Positions 48,020-60,372 of a stretch of DNA of 64,000 bases are shown in pieces. The stretch comes from Candidatus Entotheonellaceae bacterium (GTDB taxonomy: Bacteria; Tectomicrobia; Entotheonellia; Entotheonellales; Entotheonellaceae), in contig OZ250173.1 in the NCBI GenBank assembly GCA_965238075.1, positions 2,048,001 to 2,112,000 on the forward strand. Reading direction: 5' to 3'. Position numbers and translations under genes: made by a program. A model generated the notes under the pieces. The model ran no database searches and was not told the DNA's origin. It saw only the letters and a list, made by a program, of their open reading frames with translations. Numbering within the stretch: position 1 is the stretch's first letter; every line of letters starts with the position of its first letter.

Positions 48020-49917
48020 ACATCCTGGGTGGCAGCCTGTCGCTGCTCCAACTCGTCCCAGCGGGCATAGGCGGCGTCGCGTTCGCTGTCCAGGGCCGTC
48101 AGCCGCTCCATAATGGCCTGGAACGTCGCGGGATCCTTGTGGAAAAGCTGGGTGTCCTCAAGTTGGGCGTGCAAGGCCATCTGTTCGTTTTCCAGGGTTT
48201 CGATGGATTCCGGCAGACCTTCGAGCTCGCGCTGCTCCTTGTAGGTCAGCCCTCGCCGTCGAGGCTGCTTGGTTAAGGCCGCCGCAGGGCGCCGTTTGGC
48301 CGTGGGCGGCGCCTGCAACGCCTGCTGCCAATCGCTGTATCCCCCGACATACTCCCGCACCCGACCTTTGCCCTCGAAGGCGTAAATCGACGTCACCACG
48401 CCGTCCAGAAAGGCGCGGTCGTGGGACGCCAGCAGCAGGGTGCCGTCGTATTCCGCCAGCAATCCCTCCAACAGTTCCAGAGTTTCCGTGTCGAGGTCGT
48501 TCGTCGGCTCATCCAGGACCAGGAGATTGGCCGGTTGCGTGAACAGCCGCGCCAGCAGCAGGCGGTTGCGCTCGCCGCCGGACAGGGTCTTGACCGGCGC
48601 CCGGATGCTCTGGCGTGGGAACAGGAAATCCGCCAGATAACTGACCACGTGATGGGGCTTGCCGGCCACCATGACCTGATCGCCGCCGTGCGGGCAGAGG
48701 GTTTCCCACAGGGTGGCTTCGGGGTCCAACTGGGCGCGCCGCTGATCGAAATAGACCTTTGACAGCTTGGTGCCGAAGCGCAGGCGTCCGGTGTCCGGCA
48801 GCAGTTCGCCTATGAGGATTTTGATCAGCGTCGATTTGCCGATGCCGTTCGGCCCGACCAGGCCGATGCGGTCGCCGCGCATGATGCGGGCCGAGAAATC
48901 GCGTAGCACCCCATGGTCGTCGAAAGTTTTGCTGATGCCCTCGGCCTCGACGACCATCTGGCCGGAGCGCGCGCCGCTGCTCAGGGTGAAACTGACCTGC
49001 CCCGCCACCTCGCGGCGCGCGCGCCGCCCTTCGCGCATGGCCATCAGGTGGCGCACCCGGCCTTCGTTACGCGTGCGGCGGGCGCGCACGCCCTGGCGTA
49101 CCCAGGCTTCCTCCTCCGCCAAGCGCTTGTCGAACTGTGCGGCTTCGGTGTCCTCAACGGTCAACAGGGCGTTTTTGTGCTCGCGATAGGCCGCCCAGTT
49201 TGCGGGGAAGCGCCGCAGCCGCCCGCGGTCCAACTCGACGATGCCGGTGGCCAGACGGTCGAGGAAGACGCGGTCGTGGGTGACGAAGACGAGCGTGCCG
49301 GGGAAGCTCAGCAGGTAGGATTCGAGCCACTCGATGGAGCCGATGTCGAGATGATTGGTCGGTTCGTCCAGGAGCAGCAGCTCAGGATCGCCGACCAGGG
49401 CCTGTGCCAGGGCCACCCGGCGTTGCCCGCCGCTGGAAAGCGCGCCAACCCGTGCCGCGGGGTCGAGTTGCAGTCGCGACAGCACGGTCTCCACCTGCGT
49501 GTGCAGGCGCCAGCCGTCCTGGCGCTCCAGTTCCGTCTGCAGGGTGTGCAGACGCCTCATCAACGCCGCGGCCTTGGCGCCCTGCGCGACGGTCAGTTGG
49601 GTAGTGGTGTGGTGATAATCGGCGACGACCTCACCCACCGCGCCCAGGGCACTGGTGAGCGCCTGCTCGACGGTGTGGTCGGGGTCGAACATCGGCTCCT
49701 GCGGCACGAGCGCCAAGCGCAGCGCATGGACGCGGTGCACCGTGCCGGCATCGGGCAGCAAATCGCCGGCCAGCAGCTTGAGGAGCGTGGATTTACCGCT
49801 GCCGTTGCGTCCCACCAAGGCGAGCCGCTCACCGGATTCGACTTGCAGCGCCGCCTCGTCCAGTAACGGCACGCGGTCGAAGGCCAGCGACACTTGTTCA
49901 AGGGCAAAAACTGCCAT
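48016..49917 (-). CDS. uup: ABC-F protein, Uup-like
   Basis: Two ABC cassettes; EEAWVRQGVRARRTRNEGRVR linker; LTYKEQREL..LP C-terminal domain. Confidence 0.9.
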   Translation of the reverse strand: MAVFALEQVSLAFDRVPLLDEAALQVESGERLALVGRNGSGKSTLLKLLAGDLLPDAGTVHRVHALRLALVPQEPMFDPDHTVEQALTSALGAVGEVVADYHHTTTQLTVAQGAKAAALMRRLHTLQTELERQDGWRLHTQVETVLSRLQLDPAARVGALSSGGQRRVALAQALVGDPELLLLDEPTNHLDIGSIEWLESYLLSFPGTLVFVTHDRVFLDRLATGIVELDRGRLRRFPANWAAYREHKNALLTVEDTEAAQFDKRLAEEEAWVRQGVRARRTRNEGRVRHLMAMREGRRARREVAGQVSFTLSSGARSGQMVVEAEGISKTFDDHGVLRDFSARIMRGDRIGLVGPNGIGKSTLIKILIGELLPDTGRLRFGTKLSKVYFDQRRAQLDPEATLWETLCPHGGDQVMVAGKPHHVVSYLADFLFPRQSIRAPVKTLSGGERNRLLLARLFTQPANLLVLDEPTNDLDTETLELLEGLLAEYDGTLLLASHDRAFLDGVVTSIYAFEGKGRVREYVGGYSDWQQALQAPPTAKRRPAAALTKQPRRRGLTYKEQRELEGLPESIETLENEQMALHAQLEDTQLFHKDPATFQAIMERLTALDSERDAAYARWDELEQRQAATQDV

Positions 49918-49975
49918 CGTGTCTCAAATCATGAAATGCGTGCGCGAGATTGAATCCGCCCTGCGCCGGCCCGGG

Positions 49976-50938
49976 TTAAACCAGCGGCAGGCCGTGCTTT
50001 TTGCGCATGGCGTTGATGGTGGCCCGGAAGCCCTCTTCCATGGTGAATTGCGGGCTGTAGCCAATGGCGGCCTCGGTGACCGAGGGGTCGTAGTTCATGG
50101 CGCCGATCGTGTGACCGTCCTCGACCCGCAGGTCGGCGTCGGGCAGCAGCCGTTTGACGAACGTCACGGCGTCGCGCATTGATCCGGTGGTGCCGCAGAT
50201 GGTGAGGCCCGACAGCGGGCACGGCGGCGCCTCGGTGGCCAGGTGGATGGCGCGGCCCACGTCTTCGGCGTACAGGAAATCCGGCGCGTCGTCGCCGTTG
50301 CGGATCACACCCGGCTCGCCAATGGCCGGTTTTTCCAGCAATTCGGTCATGAAATCGGCGCCCGTGCCGCGCGCCATGGTTAATGCCTTGCCGTAGCCGT
50401 AAACGACGGTGAAGCGCAAGCCGATGTTGTCGAGGGCGCGCTGGTTCTTGTAGTGCATGCCGAGACTCTCGTTGAACGACTTGACGGCGCCGTAGAGGCC
50501 GGTCGGCTCGTGGTGGGCGTTGTTCTCGATGAATCCCTCGCGCTCCCCGGATATGCCGAACACGGCCACCGAACTGGCCCACACGACCTTGCTGACGCCC
50601 AACGCCAGCGCTGCCTCGAAGACGTTCAGCGTGCCCTCGCAATTAACCTTCAGCGTCCGCAATGGGTTGACCTCGCTGCTGACGCTTAGCGTGGCCGCCA
50701 GATGCACGACCCGCTGCGCCTGCGCGCTTCCCATGGCCCGCAACACGGCCGGCAGATCGGTCACGTCGCCGCTCACCAGTTGCACCCCGTCCGCCGCCGG
50801 GCCGCCAAGCACGTCGGCCAAGTACTCCCGGTTCAGCATCAGATCGAACACCGTCACCCGGTGGCCCGCCTCGACCAGCGCCTTCGCCGCGTAGGCACCC
50901 ACGAAACCCGTTCCGCCCGTTACGAGGTAATTTACCAT
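49976..50938 (-). CDS. NAD-dependent epimerase/dehydratase
   Basis: TGGTGFVG, HLAA, ASS, YGAVK. Confidence 0.9.
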   Translation of the reverse strand: MVNYLVTGGTGFVGAYAAKALVEAGHRVTVFDLMLNREYLADVLGGPAADGVQLVSGDVTDLPAVLRAMGSAQAQRVVHLAATLSVSSEVNPLRTLKVNCEGTLNVFEAALALGVSKVVWASSVAVFGISGEREGFIENNAHHEPTGLYGAVKSFNESLGMHYKNQRALDNIGLRFTVVYGYGKALTMARGTGADFMTELLEKPAIGEPGVIRNGDDAPDFLYAEDVGRAIHLATEAPPCPLSGLTICGTTGSMRDAVTFVKRLLPDADLRVEDGHTIGAMNYDPSVTEAAIGYSPQFTMEEGFRATINAMRKKHGLPLV

Positions 50939-51142
50939 CTCGCCTCCCAGCCGTGTGTTTTGCAACGTGTTCCCAGACCTTCATGAAGCCCGCCGGATCA
51001 TATCGCACCCCTCCCAGCCGGGCAACACGCCCGCCCGGTTCGGCGGCGCCAGATTTCCTTCTGGTAAAATGCGGCGACTTGCGAGTACGATGCAGTGCGT
51101 TATCGAGTCGTGGGCCTGTGGGAGATGCCTGGAGGATACGTG

Positions 51143-51412
51143 ATGTGGGCATGGGTCAAAGAGAACGGTACGGGGTTGCTTGCTATTGCTGCAGTGTTAA
51201 CTTTACTGTTCAACGTGGTGAACGCCAGGATCGACACCAAGTTCGAGGCCATGAACCAGCGTTTCGACGACCTGATTCAGAGCACGAACCAGCGCTTTGA
51301 TGCCGTTGACCAGCGTATGGACCGCATGACCGACTCGATCGATGCCTACGCGGCGACCTTGTGCGACTTGGTGAGCGCGTATCCAGCAACAAAGGTGCGC
51401 TGGATCTGCTAA
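51143..51412 (+). CDS. Small membrane-anchored coiled-coil protein
   Basis: RBS GGAGG; TM helix followed by NQRF/DQRM heptads. Confidence 0.6.
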   Translation: MWAWVKENGTGLLAIAAVLTLLFNVVNARIDTKFEAMNQRFDDLIQSTNQRFDAVDQRMDRMTDSIDAYAATLCDLVSAYPATKVRWIC

Positions 51413-51824
51413 GCCAGCAGATACAACGAACATCGCCCCCCTGGTGGTGATGTGACCCCTTGAGAAGTCGTTTTCCGCCGCGATCTCGCCTCAACTCCTA
51501 CTCCCGGATGCCCTCGAACCCACGCTGTTTTCAATCCTGCCTCCCAAATCCCGACTTGGATAAATCGGGACGCCTGCCTGGGCATGTGAGGGATATCGTG
51601 TCGCTGATAGAGATCGTTCGCGATGCTGTACAATCCGATTTAGGAAAGGGTCCAGGCGCAAAACGCTGGTTGGCGTTCTTAACGCTTGGTTAACCGGCTT
51701 ATACGATCCTGGTGCTTCCCCGCTGCTCGTTATCTGATAAGGTGCATCACCTGCGCCGGGGGATGGGACTTGGTGGTGAACGGCGGGGAGTGGCTGAAGA
51801 AGGGGCAGGAGCCGGGATAGCACG

Positions 51825-52403
51825 ATGAACACACCGTCGCATTTTCTGATGACCGCCGCCCTGCGCCGTGCCTGGAAGCACCAGCCGCCGCCCGCCAGCG
51901 CCTTCCTGCTGGGGTCGGTGGCGCCCGACATCGCGCTGTACCTGCTGTCTCTCGGCGGCGCCCTCCACTTCCGCTATCTGCTCGGCTGGAGCGCCGAGGC
52001 GACGTGGCGCCACCTGTACGACACCCTCTATTTTCACAATCCGTTCTGGATCGCCGCCCACAATCTGCTGCACTCCCCGACCGTGTTGATCATCGCTCTT
52101 GTCTTGCTGTGGCGCGCCCAGGGTCTGCCGGAAGCCCCGCGGCGCTGGCTGCGCTGGTTCCTGGCAGCGTGCCTGCTGCACAGCGTTGTGGACGTGCTGA
52201 CGCACGTCGACGACGGCCCGTTGCTGTTTTTCCCCTTCGAGTGGACGATACGCTTTGAAAGCCCCGTCAGCTATTGGGACAGCCGCCATTACGGAACGCA
52301 GTTTGTCGTTTTCGAGCTGACGCTCGACGTACTTCTCATCGCTTACCTCTGTCTGCCGCCTCTGTGGCGCCTGGCGCGGGCGCGTTCGGTGCGGGGCGCG
52401 TAG
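51825..52403 (+). CDS. Membrane metal-dependent hydrolase (YdjM-like)
   Basis: TPSH, GSVAPD, HNLLHS, HSVVD.LTH, FFP. Confidence 0.75.
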   Translation: MNTPSHFLMTAALRRAWKHQPPPASAFLLGSVAPDIALYLLSLGGALHFRYLLGWSAEATWRHLYDTLYFHNPFWIAAHNLLHSPTVLIIALVLLWRAQGLPEAPRRWLRWFLAACLLHSVVDVLTHVDDGPLLFFPFEWTIRFESPVSYWDSRHYGTQFVVFELTLDVLLIAYLCLPPLWRLARARSVRGA

Positions 52404-52427
52404 GTCGGATCGACGGATGAGTGGTTG

Positions 52428-52558
52428 GTCATTCCGGCGGAGGCCGGAATCCGGGGGCGGGCCCTTGCCCACCAGAAAACCCTGGACTCCGGCCCCGGAT
52501 CAAAGCCCGCCCCGTACTTGATACGGGGTCCGGGGTGACGTTCCTTCGCCGGAGTGAC
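52428..52558. repeat. Nested palindromic repeat complex
   Basis: Outer GTCATTCCGGCG pair with an inserted CCCCGGA/TCCGGGG unit that itself contains CCCCGTA-CTTGA-TACGGGG. Confidence 0.75.
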
Positions 52559-52583
52559 GTAGATTTATCAGCAGAAGGATTTA

Positions 52584-54683
<2,100 letters not shown>

Positions 54684-54813
54684 AGTCCGCCGGCTAGCTC
54701 CCTGATTCTGAATTCCGTGTGTACTTACTTCCTTTATTTCATCGGGAAACTTCAAAACCAGGACACCAGCCGGTTCTGGAGATCGGGGGTCGAAGTGTGA
54801 ATGGAGTGTAAAG

Positions 54814-55941
54814 ATGACTCGAGGGAAACTCGGGCGTAACGCCCCATGCTGGTGTGGGTCGGAGATAAAGTACAAACGTTGTCACCTTGATCGAGAGAGC
54901 CAATCACCGTTAGCTCTCTGGGACGCTTCCGACGTATTTACGAAAGCGTTCTCCGAGAAAAAGTGTTTGGCTCCGGACGCATGGCTGAATGGCTGCCGTG
55001 GAAAAATCTCCCGAGCGCACACCGTACCCAAGTCAGGGAGCCTTCAAAGGATCGCGCGTAACGGTCATGTGTACTCCTTTATCCCGCGCTTGGAGGATCT
55101 GCAAAAGCACGAGGGTAAAATGCTCCCGCGGCTGCTGGGCGTTAATCGAGCCTCGACATTTACTGGATTCTGTTCTGAACATGACAACAGCATCTTTGAG
55201 CCATTGGAGAAGAAAACCTTTGCGGGCACACGGGAACAATGCTTCCTGCTCAGTTACCGAGCCTTGGCGAGAGAGATCTATACCAAAATGGCGGCTTCCC
55301 ACCCTGAGCTTTCAAAGATCCGCCGAGCTGCGGATAAAGGAAGGCCACTTACGGAACAGATCGCGCTCCAGAGATTCAACCAATTAGTCGATATCGGGCT
55401 TTCATTTGGCCTCAAGGATTTAGATCACTACAAACACAGATACGACAAGATTCTCGAAAGCCGACAATTCGACGCCGTGCGGGGGTATGTCATCGAGTTT
55501 GAGGCTCCACCACTGGTAATGTGTAGTTGCGCGCCGTACCCCGAGCAAGATTTCAATGGCATCAAGCTGCAAACCGTGGCTGATCCGTCACGTGTCCCGG
55601 ATATTCTTTCTATTACATCCTTCTATGGTGGAGAAAAAGGGATCGTGGTTTTCTCCTGGCTGGCCGACAACGATCGGACATGTTGTGCTTTCATCGAGAG
55701 CCTAAAGGCAATTCCAGATGACTTCGTTACTGCGGCGTTGTTACGATTTTTCTTCACATATTCCGAGAATATTCACATGGCTCCTGGCTGGTGGGAGGAG
55801 CTACCTGGACGAATTCAGGATGCGCTCGTCAAGCGTATGAAGTTGAATACCGACTTTGCAAATGCGCTACCGAGGGCCGTGCTTGCGGATGATGGAATAT
55901 CTTTTGCCCCGTGGACTGTCGCAAAGCGATACGAAATCTGA
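54814..55941 (+). CDS. SEC-C motif protein with a possible HNH-like Cys/His domain
   Basis: GRNAPCWCGSEIKYKRCH; C..C..AHTVP and FCSEHD; lower GC. Confidence 0.7.
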   Translation: MTRGKLGRNAPCWCGSEIKYKRCHLDRESQSPLALWDASDVFTKAFSEKKCLAPDAWLNGCRGKISRAHTVPKSGSLQRIARNGHVYSFIPRLEDLQKHEGKMLPRLLGVNRASTFTGFCSEHDNSIFEPLEKKTFAGTREQCFLLSYRALAREIYTKMAASHPELSKIRRAADKGRPLTEQIALQRFNQLVDIGLSFGLKDLDHYKHRYDKILESRQFDAVRGYVIEFEAPPLVMCSCAPYPEQDFNGIKLQTVADPSRVPDILSITSFYGGEKGIVVFSWLADNDRTCCAFIESLKAIPDDFVTAALLRFFFTYSENIHMAPGWWEELPGRIQDALVKRMKLNTDFANALPRAVLADDGISFAPWTVAKRYEI

Positions 55942-56050
55942 GCCGCCCGCAGTTGTCGTATCGACGCTGCCGTCCGTGTGATGTCGCCGCGCTCCTGGCG
56001 TGGCCCTCGGTCAGCGGCTCAGGAAAGCGCTAGCTCTCGGCTAGGGTGCG

Positions 56051-56251
56051 ATGTATCAGCTTTACGCCTGCGCTGAGGGCTACGGACGTAAGACCGTGGC
56101 CCTTGTTTATCCCCAAACGCGGACCTTCACAACTGGGACTAACCTTCAGTGTCGACTCCCCGACGACGTAACCCTCATCTGCCTCCCATTCGACGTCGCG
56201 CATCCGCAGGAAAGCGTACAGCACTCGATGGCAGCCCTCACGAGCGCCTGA
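56051..56251 (+). pseudogene. McrC-like C-terminal remnant
   Basis: MYQLYA...YG...VALVYP matches the McrC C-terminal motif; the rest of the gene is absent. Confidence 0.55.
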
Positions 56252-56303
56252 CCTCCCTCTAAACCACCCGCCCGCGCACCCACCTTCAGGTAGCAATTTC
56301 CCA

Positions 56304-56333
56304 TTGACACCGGCTTACAGGCTCACTTAACCT
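56304..56333 (+). promoter_or_regulatory. Putative sigma70 promoter of the AOR operon
   Basis: TTGACA-18 nt-TAACCT, about 50 bp upstream of the start. Confidence 0.5.
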
Positions 56334-56382
56334 GCCGCTGTCAAATGCCTCATCGCAGCAACACACACGAAGGAGAGTCCGC

Positions 56383-56904
56383 ATGCTAAGGGCGCTCAAG
56401 CTTGAACCGGAAAAATGCACTGGTTGCCTGCAGTGCGAGATGGCCTGTTCGTATGAGAACGAAGGGGTTTTCAACCCCGCCAAATCCCGCATCAAGGTCT
56501 TCACCTTCCATCAAGAAGGGCGCTTCGCCCCCTACACCTGCACGCAGTGCGAGGAAGCCTGGTGCCTGCATTCCTGCCCCGTTGAGGCCATTGTCATCAA
56601 CGCCGAAACGGGCGCCAAGGAAGTGCTGGACAACGTCTGCGTCGGCTGCAAGGTGTGCACCATCGCCTGCCCGTTCGGCACCGTGAACTACAACCACGAT
56701 TCCGGCAAGGTGATGAAATGCGATCTGTGCGGCGGCGACCCGTGGTGCGCCAAGGCGTGCCCCACCGGCGCCATCACCTACGTCGACGTCGACAATACCG
56801 GCCTGGACCGCATGCGCGCCTGGGCGCAGCAGAGCCCGGCGGGACCGGCCACCCACGTCGAGCCGCGCCCCAAGGAAATCGCCACCTATAACCGCGCGCA
56901 GTAG
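56383..56904 (+). CDS. 4Fe-4S polyferredoxin subunit (AorA-like)
   Basis: Four cysteine clusters: CTGCLQC..AC, CTQC...C...CP, CVGCKVC...CP, CDLC...C...CP. Confidence 0.92.
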   Translation: MLRALKLEPEKCTGCLQCEMACSYENEGVFNPAKSRIKVFTFHQEGRFAPYTCTQCEEAWCLHSCPVEAIVINAETGAKEVLDNVCVGCKVCTIACPFGTVNYNHDSGKVMKCDLCGGDPWCAKACPTGAITYVDVDNTGLDRMRAWAQQSPAGPATHVEPRPKEIATYNRAQ

Positions 56905-56921
56905 CCGCGAGAGGAGACCCC

Positions 56922-58769
56922 ATGGCCTGGACAGAAAACGTATTACGAGTCGACCTCACCTCCGGCAAGATCGCCTCCGAACCGCTCAACATGGAATGGG
57001 CGCGCGATTATCTCGGTCAGCGCGGGCTTGCCACCAAGTACCTCTACGAAGAAATCGATCCCACCATTGACGCGCTTTCCCCCGCCAACAAGCTGATCAT
57101 GACCACCGGGCCGCTGACGGGCACCATGGCCTCCACCGGCGGGCGCTATTCCGTCGTCACCAAGAGCCCGCTGACGGGCGCCGTGGCGTGCTCCAATTCC
57201 GGCGGCTTCATCGGCGCCGAGATGAAAATGGCCGGTTGGGACATGATCATCTTCGAGGGCAAATCCCCGCAGCCGGTATATCTCTATGTGGAGAACGAGA
57301 ACGCCGAGTTGCTGCCGGCGGACGATCTGTGGGGTGCCTCGGTGTGGGAGACGGACGAACGCTTGCACGCCAAGCACCAGGACCCGCTCATCCGCATCGC
57401 CTGCGTCGGGCGCGCCGCCGAACAGGGTTGCCTGTACGCCTCGGTGGTGAACGACCTGCACCGCGCCGCCGGACGATCCGGGGTCGGCACGGTCATGGCG
57501 TCCAAGAACCTCAAGGCGCTCGTCTGCCGCGGCACCAAGGGCGTCGGCAACATCAAGGACCCCATGCGGTTCTTCCAGGCCACCGAGCAGGGCAAGAAGG
57601 TGCTGGCGGAAAACGCCGTCACCGGCCAGGGCCTGCCGAAGTTCGGCACCCAGGTGCTGATGAACGTCATCAACGAAGTCGGCGCCATGCCCACCCGCAA
57701 CATGCGCGAGGTGCAGTTCGAGGGCGCCCACAAGATTTCCGGCGAGGCCATGCACGAACCGCGCAGCGACGGCACCCCGAACCTGCACACCAACGCCGCC
57801 TGCTTCGCCTGCACCATTGCTTGTGGGCGTATCTCGACGATCGAGAAGGGCCACTTCACGATCGAGAACAAGCCCAAATACTGGGGCGCCTCCGGCGGCC
57901 TGGAGTACGAGGCGGCCTGGGCCCTGGGCAGCGACACCGGGGTCGACGACCTCGAAGCCCTTACCTACGTGAACTTCCTGTGCAACGAGGACGGCATCGA
58001 TCCCATCTCCTTCGGGTCCACCGTTGCGGCTGCCATGGAGTTGTACGAGCGCGGCGTCATCACCCAGGAAGACACCGGCGGTATCGACTTGCGATTCGGC
58101 TCCGCCGAGGCGCTCGCCAAGGCAACCGAGCTGACCGCCCGCGGCGAAGGCTTTGGCAAAATTCTCGGTCTCGGCTCGCTGCGCCTGTGCGGGAAGTACG
58201 GCCACCCGGAGCTGTCGATGACGGTCAAGGGTCAGGAGTTCCCGGCCTACGATCCGCGCGGCATCCAGGGCATGGGCCTGGCCTACGCCACCGCCAACCG
58301 CGGTGCCTGCCACTTGCGCGCCTACACCGTGGCGTCGGAAATCCTCGGCATTCCCGAGAAGACCGATCCCCTGGTCACGGAGGGCAAGGCGGAACTGGTC
58401 AAGGCATTCCAGGACGCCACCGCGGCGGTGGATTCTGCCGGCCTGTGCGTCTTCACCACCTTCGCCTGGGGCATGGAGGACATCGCGCCGCAGGTCGACG
58501 CCGCCTGCGAGGGCGACTGGTCGGCGGAGAAGCTGCTGGAGGTTGGCGAGCGCGTCTGGAACCTGGAGCGCGACTTCAACCTCAAGGCCGGCTTCACCAT
58601 GGCCGACGACACGCTGCCGCACCGCCTGCTGGAAGAGGGCGCCAACACCGGCCCGGCGAAGGGCAGGGTGAACGATCTCCAGCAGATGCTGCCGCGCTAC
58701 TACGAAATTCGCGGCTGGACGGAGAACGGTGAACTGAGCGACGACACACGCCGCCGCTTGAGGGTCTGA
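56922..58769 (+). CDS. Aldehyde:ferredoxin oxidoreductase, tungstopterin subunit (AorB-like)
   Basis: KSPLTG, GRSGVG.VM.SKNLK, CFACTIAC, EYE, DPIS.G, RGACH. Confidence 0.95.
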   Translation: MAWTENVLRVDLTSGKIASEPLNMEWARDYLGQRGLATKYLYEEIDPTIDALSPANKLIMTTGPLTGTMASTGGRYSVVTKSPLTGAVACSNSGGFIGAEMKMAGWDMIIFEGKSPQPVYLYVENENAELLPADDLWGASVWETDERLHAKHQDPLIRIACVGRAAEQGCLYASVVNDLHRAAGRSGVGTVMASKNLKALVCRGTKGVGNIKDPMRFFQATEQGKKVLAENAVTGQGLPKFGTQVLMNVINEVGAMPTRNMREVQFEGAHKISGEAMHEPRSDGTPNLHTNAACFACTIACGRISTIEKGHFTIENKPKYWGASGGLEYEAAWALGSDTGVDDLEALTYVNFLCNEDGIDPISFGSTVAAAMELYERGVITQEDTGGIDLRFGSAEALAKATELTARGEGFGKILGLGSLRLCGKYGHPELSMTVKGQEFPAYDPRGIQGMGLAYATANRGACHLRAYTVASEILGIPEKTDPLVTEGKAELVKAFQDATAAVDSAGLCVFTTFAWGMEDIAPQVDAACEGDWSAEKLLEVGERVWNLERDFNLKAGFTMADDTLPHRLLEEGANTGPAKGRVNDLQQMLPRYYEIRGWTENGELSDDTRRRLRV

Positions 58770-58860
58770 TGACGATTTGTCGCCCCGCTCACCCGTAGCG
58801 GGGCGGCGCGTCGTTGATGCGGTCGGCAGGTCTGCCGCGCCGGGTTGGGAGGAATGTCAC

Positions 58861-60120
58861 ATGCATCACATCATCATCGGCGCCGGACCCACCGGGGTCG
58901 TGGCCGCCGAAACGCTGCGCAAGCTGGCCGCCGAATCCCGGATCACCATCATCGGGGACGAGCCCGAGGCGCCCTACTCGCGCATGGCCATCCCCTATCT
59001 CCTGATCGACCAGATCGACGCCTCGGGAACCCATTTGCGCAAAACTGACGGGCACTTTGCTGACCACAACATTGAGGTGCGGCAGGACCGCGTATCGCGG
59101 GTTCAGCCGGAGCGCAAGAGCCTCTCCCTGCAAAGCGGCGCCGAGGTGTCGTACGACAAGCTGCTGATCGCCACCGGCTCGCGCCCGGTGTCGCCGCCGG
59201 TGCCCGGTATCGACGCTCCCGGCGTGCACGCCTGCTGGACGCTGCAGGACGCCCGCGACATCATGCAGCGCGCCCAGGCGGGCGCCAAGGTGGTGCTCAT
59301 GGGCGCCGGGTTCATCGGCAGCATCATCCTGGAGGCGCTAGCGGCGCGGGGAACCGATCTGACCGTTGTTGAAATGGAGGACCGCATGGTACCGCGCATG
59401 ATGAATGCCGTGGCCGGCGGCCTCATCAAGGCGTGGTGCGAGAACAAGGGGGTGAAGGTACTCACCTCCACGCAGGTCGAGGCCATCGAGTCCGGCCAGC
59501 CGCTGACGGTCAGGCTCAACAACGGCAACACGCTGGCCGCCGATCTGGTCATCGCGGCGACGGGCGTGCGGCCCAACATCGACTTCCTGGAAGGCTCCGG
59601 CATCCGCACCGATTACGGCGTGCTGGTGGATACGCACTTGGCGACCAGCGCCGCCGACGTGTACGCCGCCGGGGATGTGGCGCAGGGGCTGGATTTCTCA
59701 ACCGGGCAGTACACGGTGCAGGCCATTCAGCCGACCGCCGCGGATCACGGGCGCATCGCCGCCAGCAACATGGCCGGCCGCACGCAGACGCACCGCGGCA
59801 ACCTGAACATGAATGTGCTGGACACCCTGGGGCTGATTTCCAGCTCCTTCGGCGCCTGGATGGGGGTTGAAGGCGGGGACTCGGCGGAACTTCTGGACGC
59901 CGGGCGCTTTCGCTACCTCAACTTGCAGTTTGAGGACGACCGTCTGGTGGGCGCCAGCAGCCTGGGCCTTACCGAGCACGTCGGCGTGATCAGAGGGCTC
60001 ATTCAAACGCGGGTGCGGCTGCGCGGGTGGAAGCAGAAGCTCATGCAGGACCCCACCCGGGTCATGGAGGCTTACCTGGCCAACACCCTGGCGATCGGAC
60101 ATAACGCAGGCGTTGTATGA
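58861..60120 (+). CDS. FAD/NAD(P)-dependent oxidoreductase (AorC-like)
   Basis: GAGPTG, ATGS, GAGFIG, YAAGD. Confidence 0.9.
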   Translation: MHHIIIGAGPTGVVAAETLRKLAAESRITIIGDEPEAPYSRMAIPYLLIDQIDASGTHLRKTDGHFADHNIEVRQDRVSRVQPERKSLSLQSGAEVSYDKLLIATGSRPVSPPVPGIDAPGVHACWTLQDARDIMQRAQAGAKVVLMGAGFIGSIILEALAARGTDLTVVEMEDRMVPRMMNAVAGGLIKAWCENKGVKVLTSTQVEAIESGQPLTVRLNNGNTLAADLVIAATGVRPNIDFLEGSGIRTDYGVLVDTHLATSAADVYAAGDVAQGLDFSTGQYTVQAIQPTAADHGRIAASNMAGRTQTHRGNLNMNVLDTLGLISSSFGAWMGVEGGDSAELLDAGRFRYLNLQFEDDRLVGASSLGLTEHVGVIRGLIQTRVRLRGWKQKLMQDPTRVMEAYLANTLAIGHNAGVV

Positions 60121-60368
60121 AGATTTCCCTGAAGTTGTACGCCTCGCTGCGTGACCTCCTGCCACCCGATACCCCCTGGACCGGCGTGGTGATCGAGGTG
60201 CCGCTCGACATCACGCCGCACCAAGTCATCGATCAGTTTCGCGTCCCCCGCCCCATGGCCCACCTGGTTTTGCACAACGGCGTGTATCTCACCCCTGGGG
60301 ACCGCGACCGCGCCGTGCTGAACGACGGCGACGTGCTGGCCATCTGGCCGCCCATCGCGGGCGGATAG
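60117..60368 (+). CDS. MoaD/ThiS sulfur carrier
   Basis: Ubiquitin-like size, ends PPIAGG; ATGA-coupled start. Confidence 0.92.
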   Translation: MKISLKLYASLRDLLPPDTPWTGVVIEVPLDITPHQVIDQFRVPRPMAHLVLHNGVYLTPGDRDRAVLNDGDVLAIWPPIAGG

Positions 60369-60372
60369 CCGG

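Noticed and set aside
51460-51693. Short ORF with a faint resemblance to a MurB C-terminus
   Set aside because: Too short and ambiguous to support without a search.
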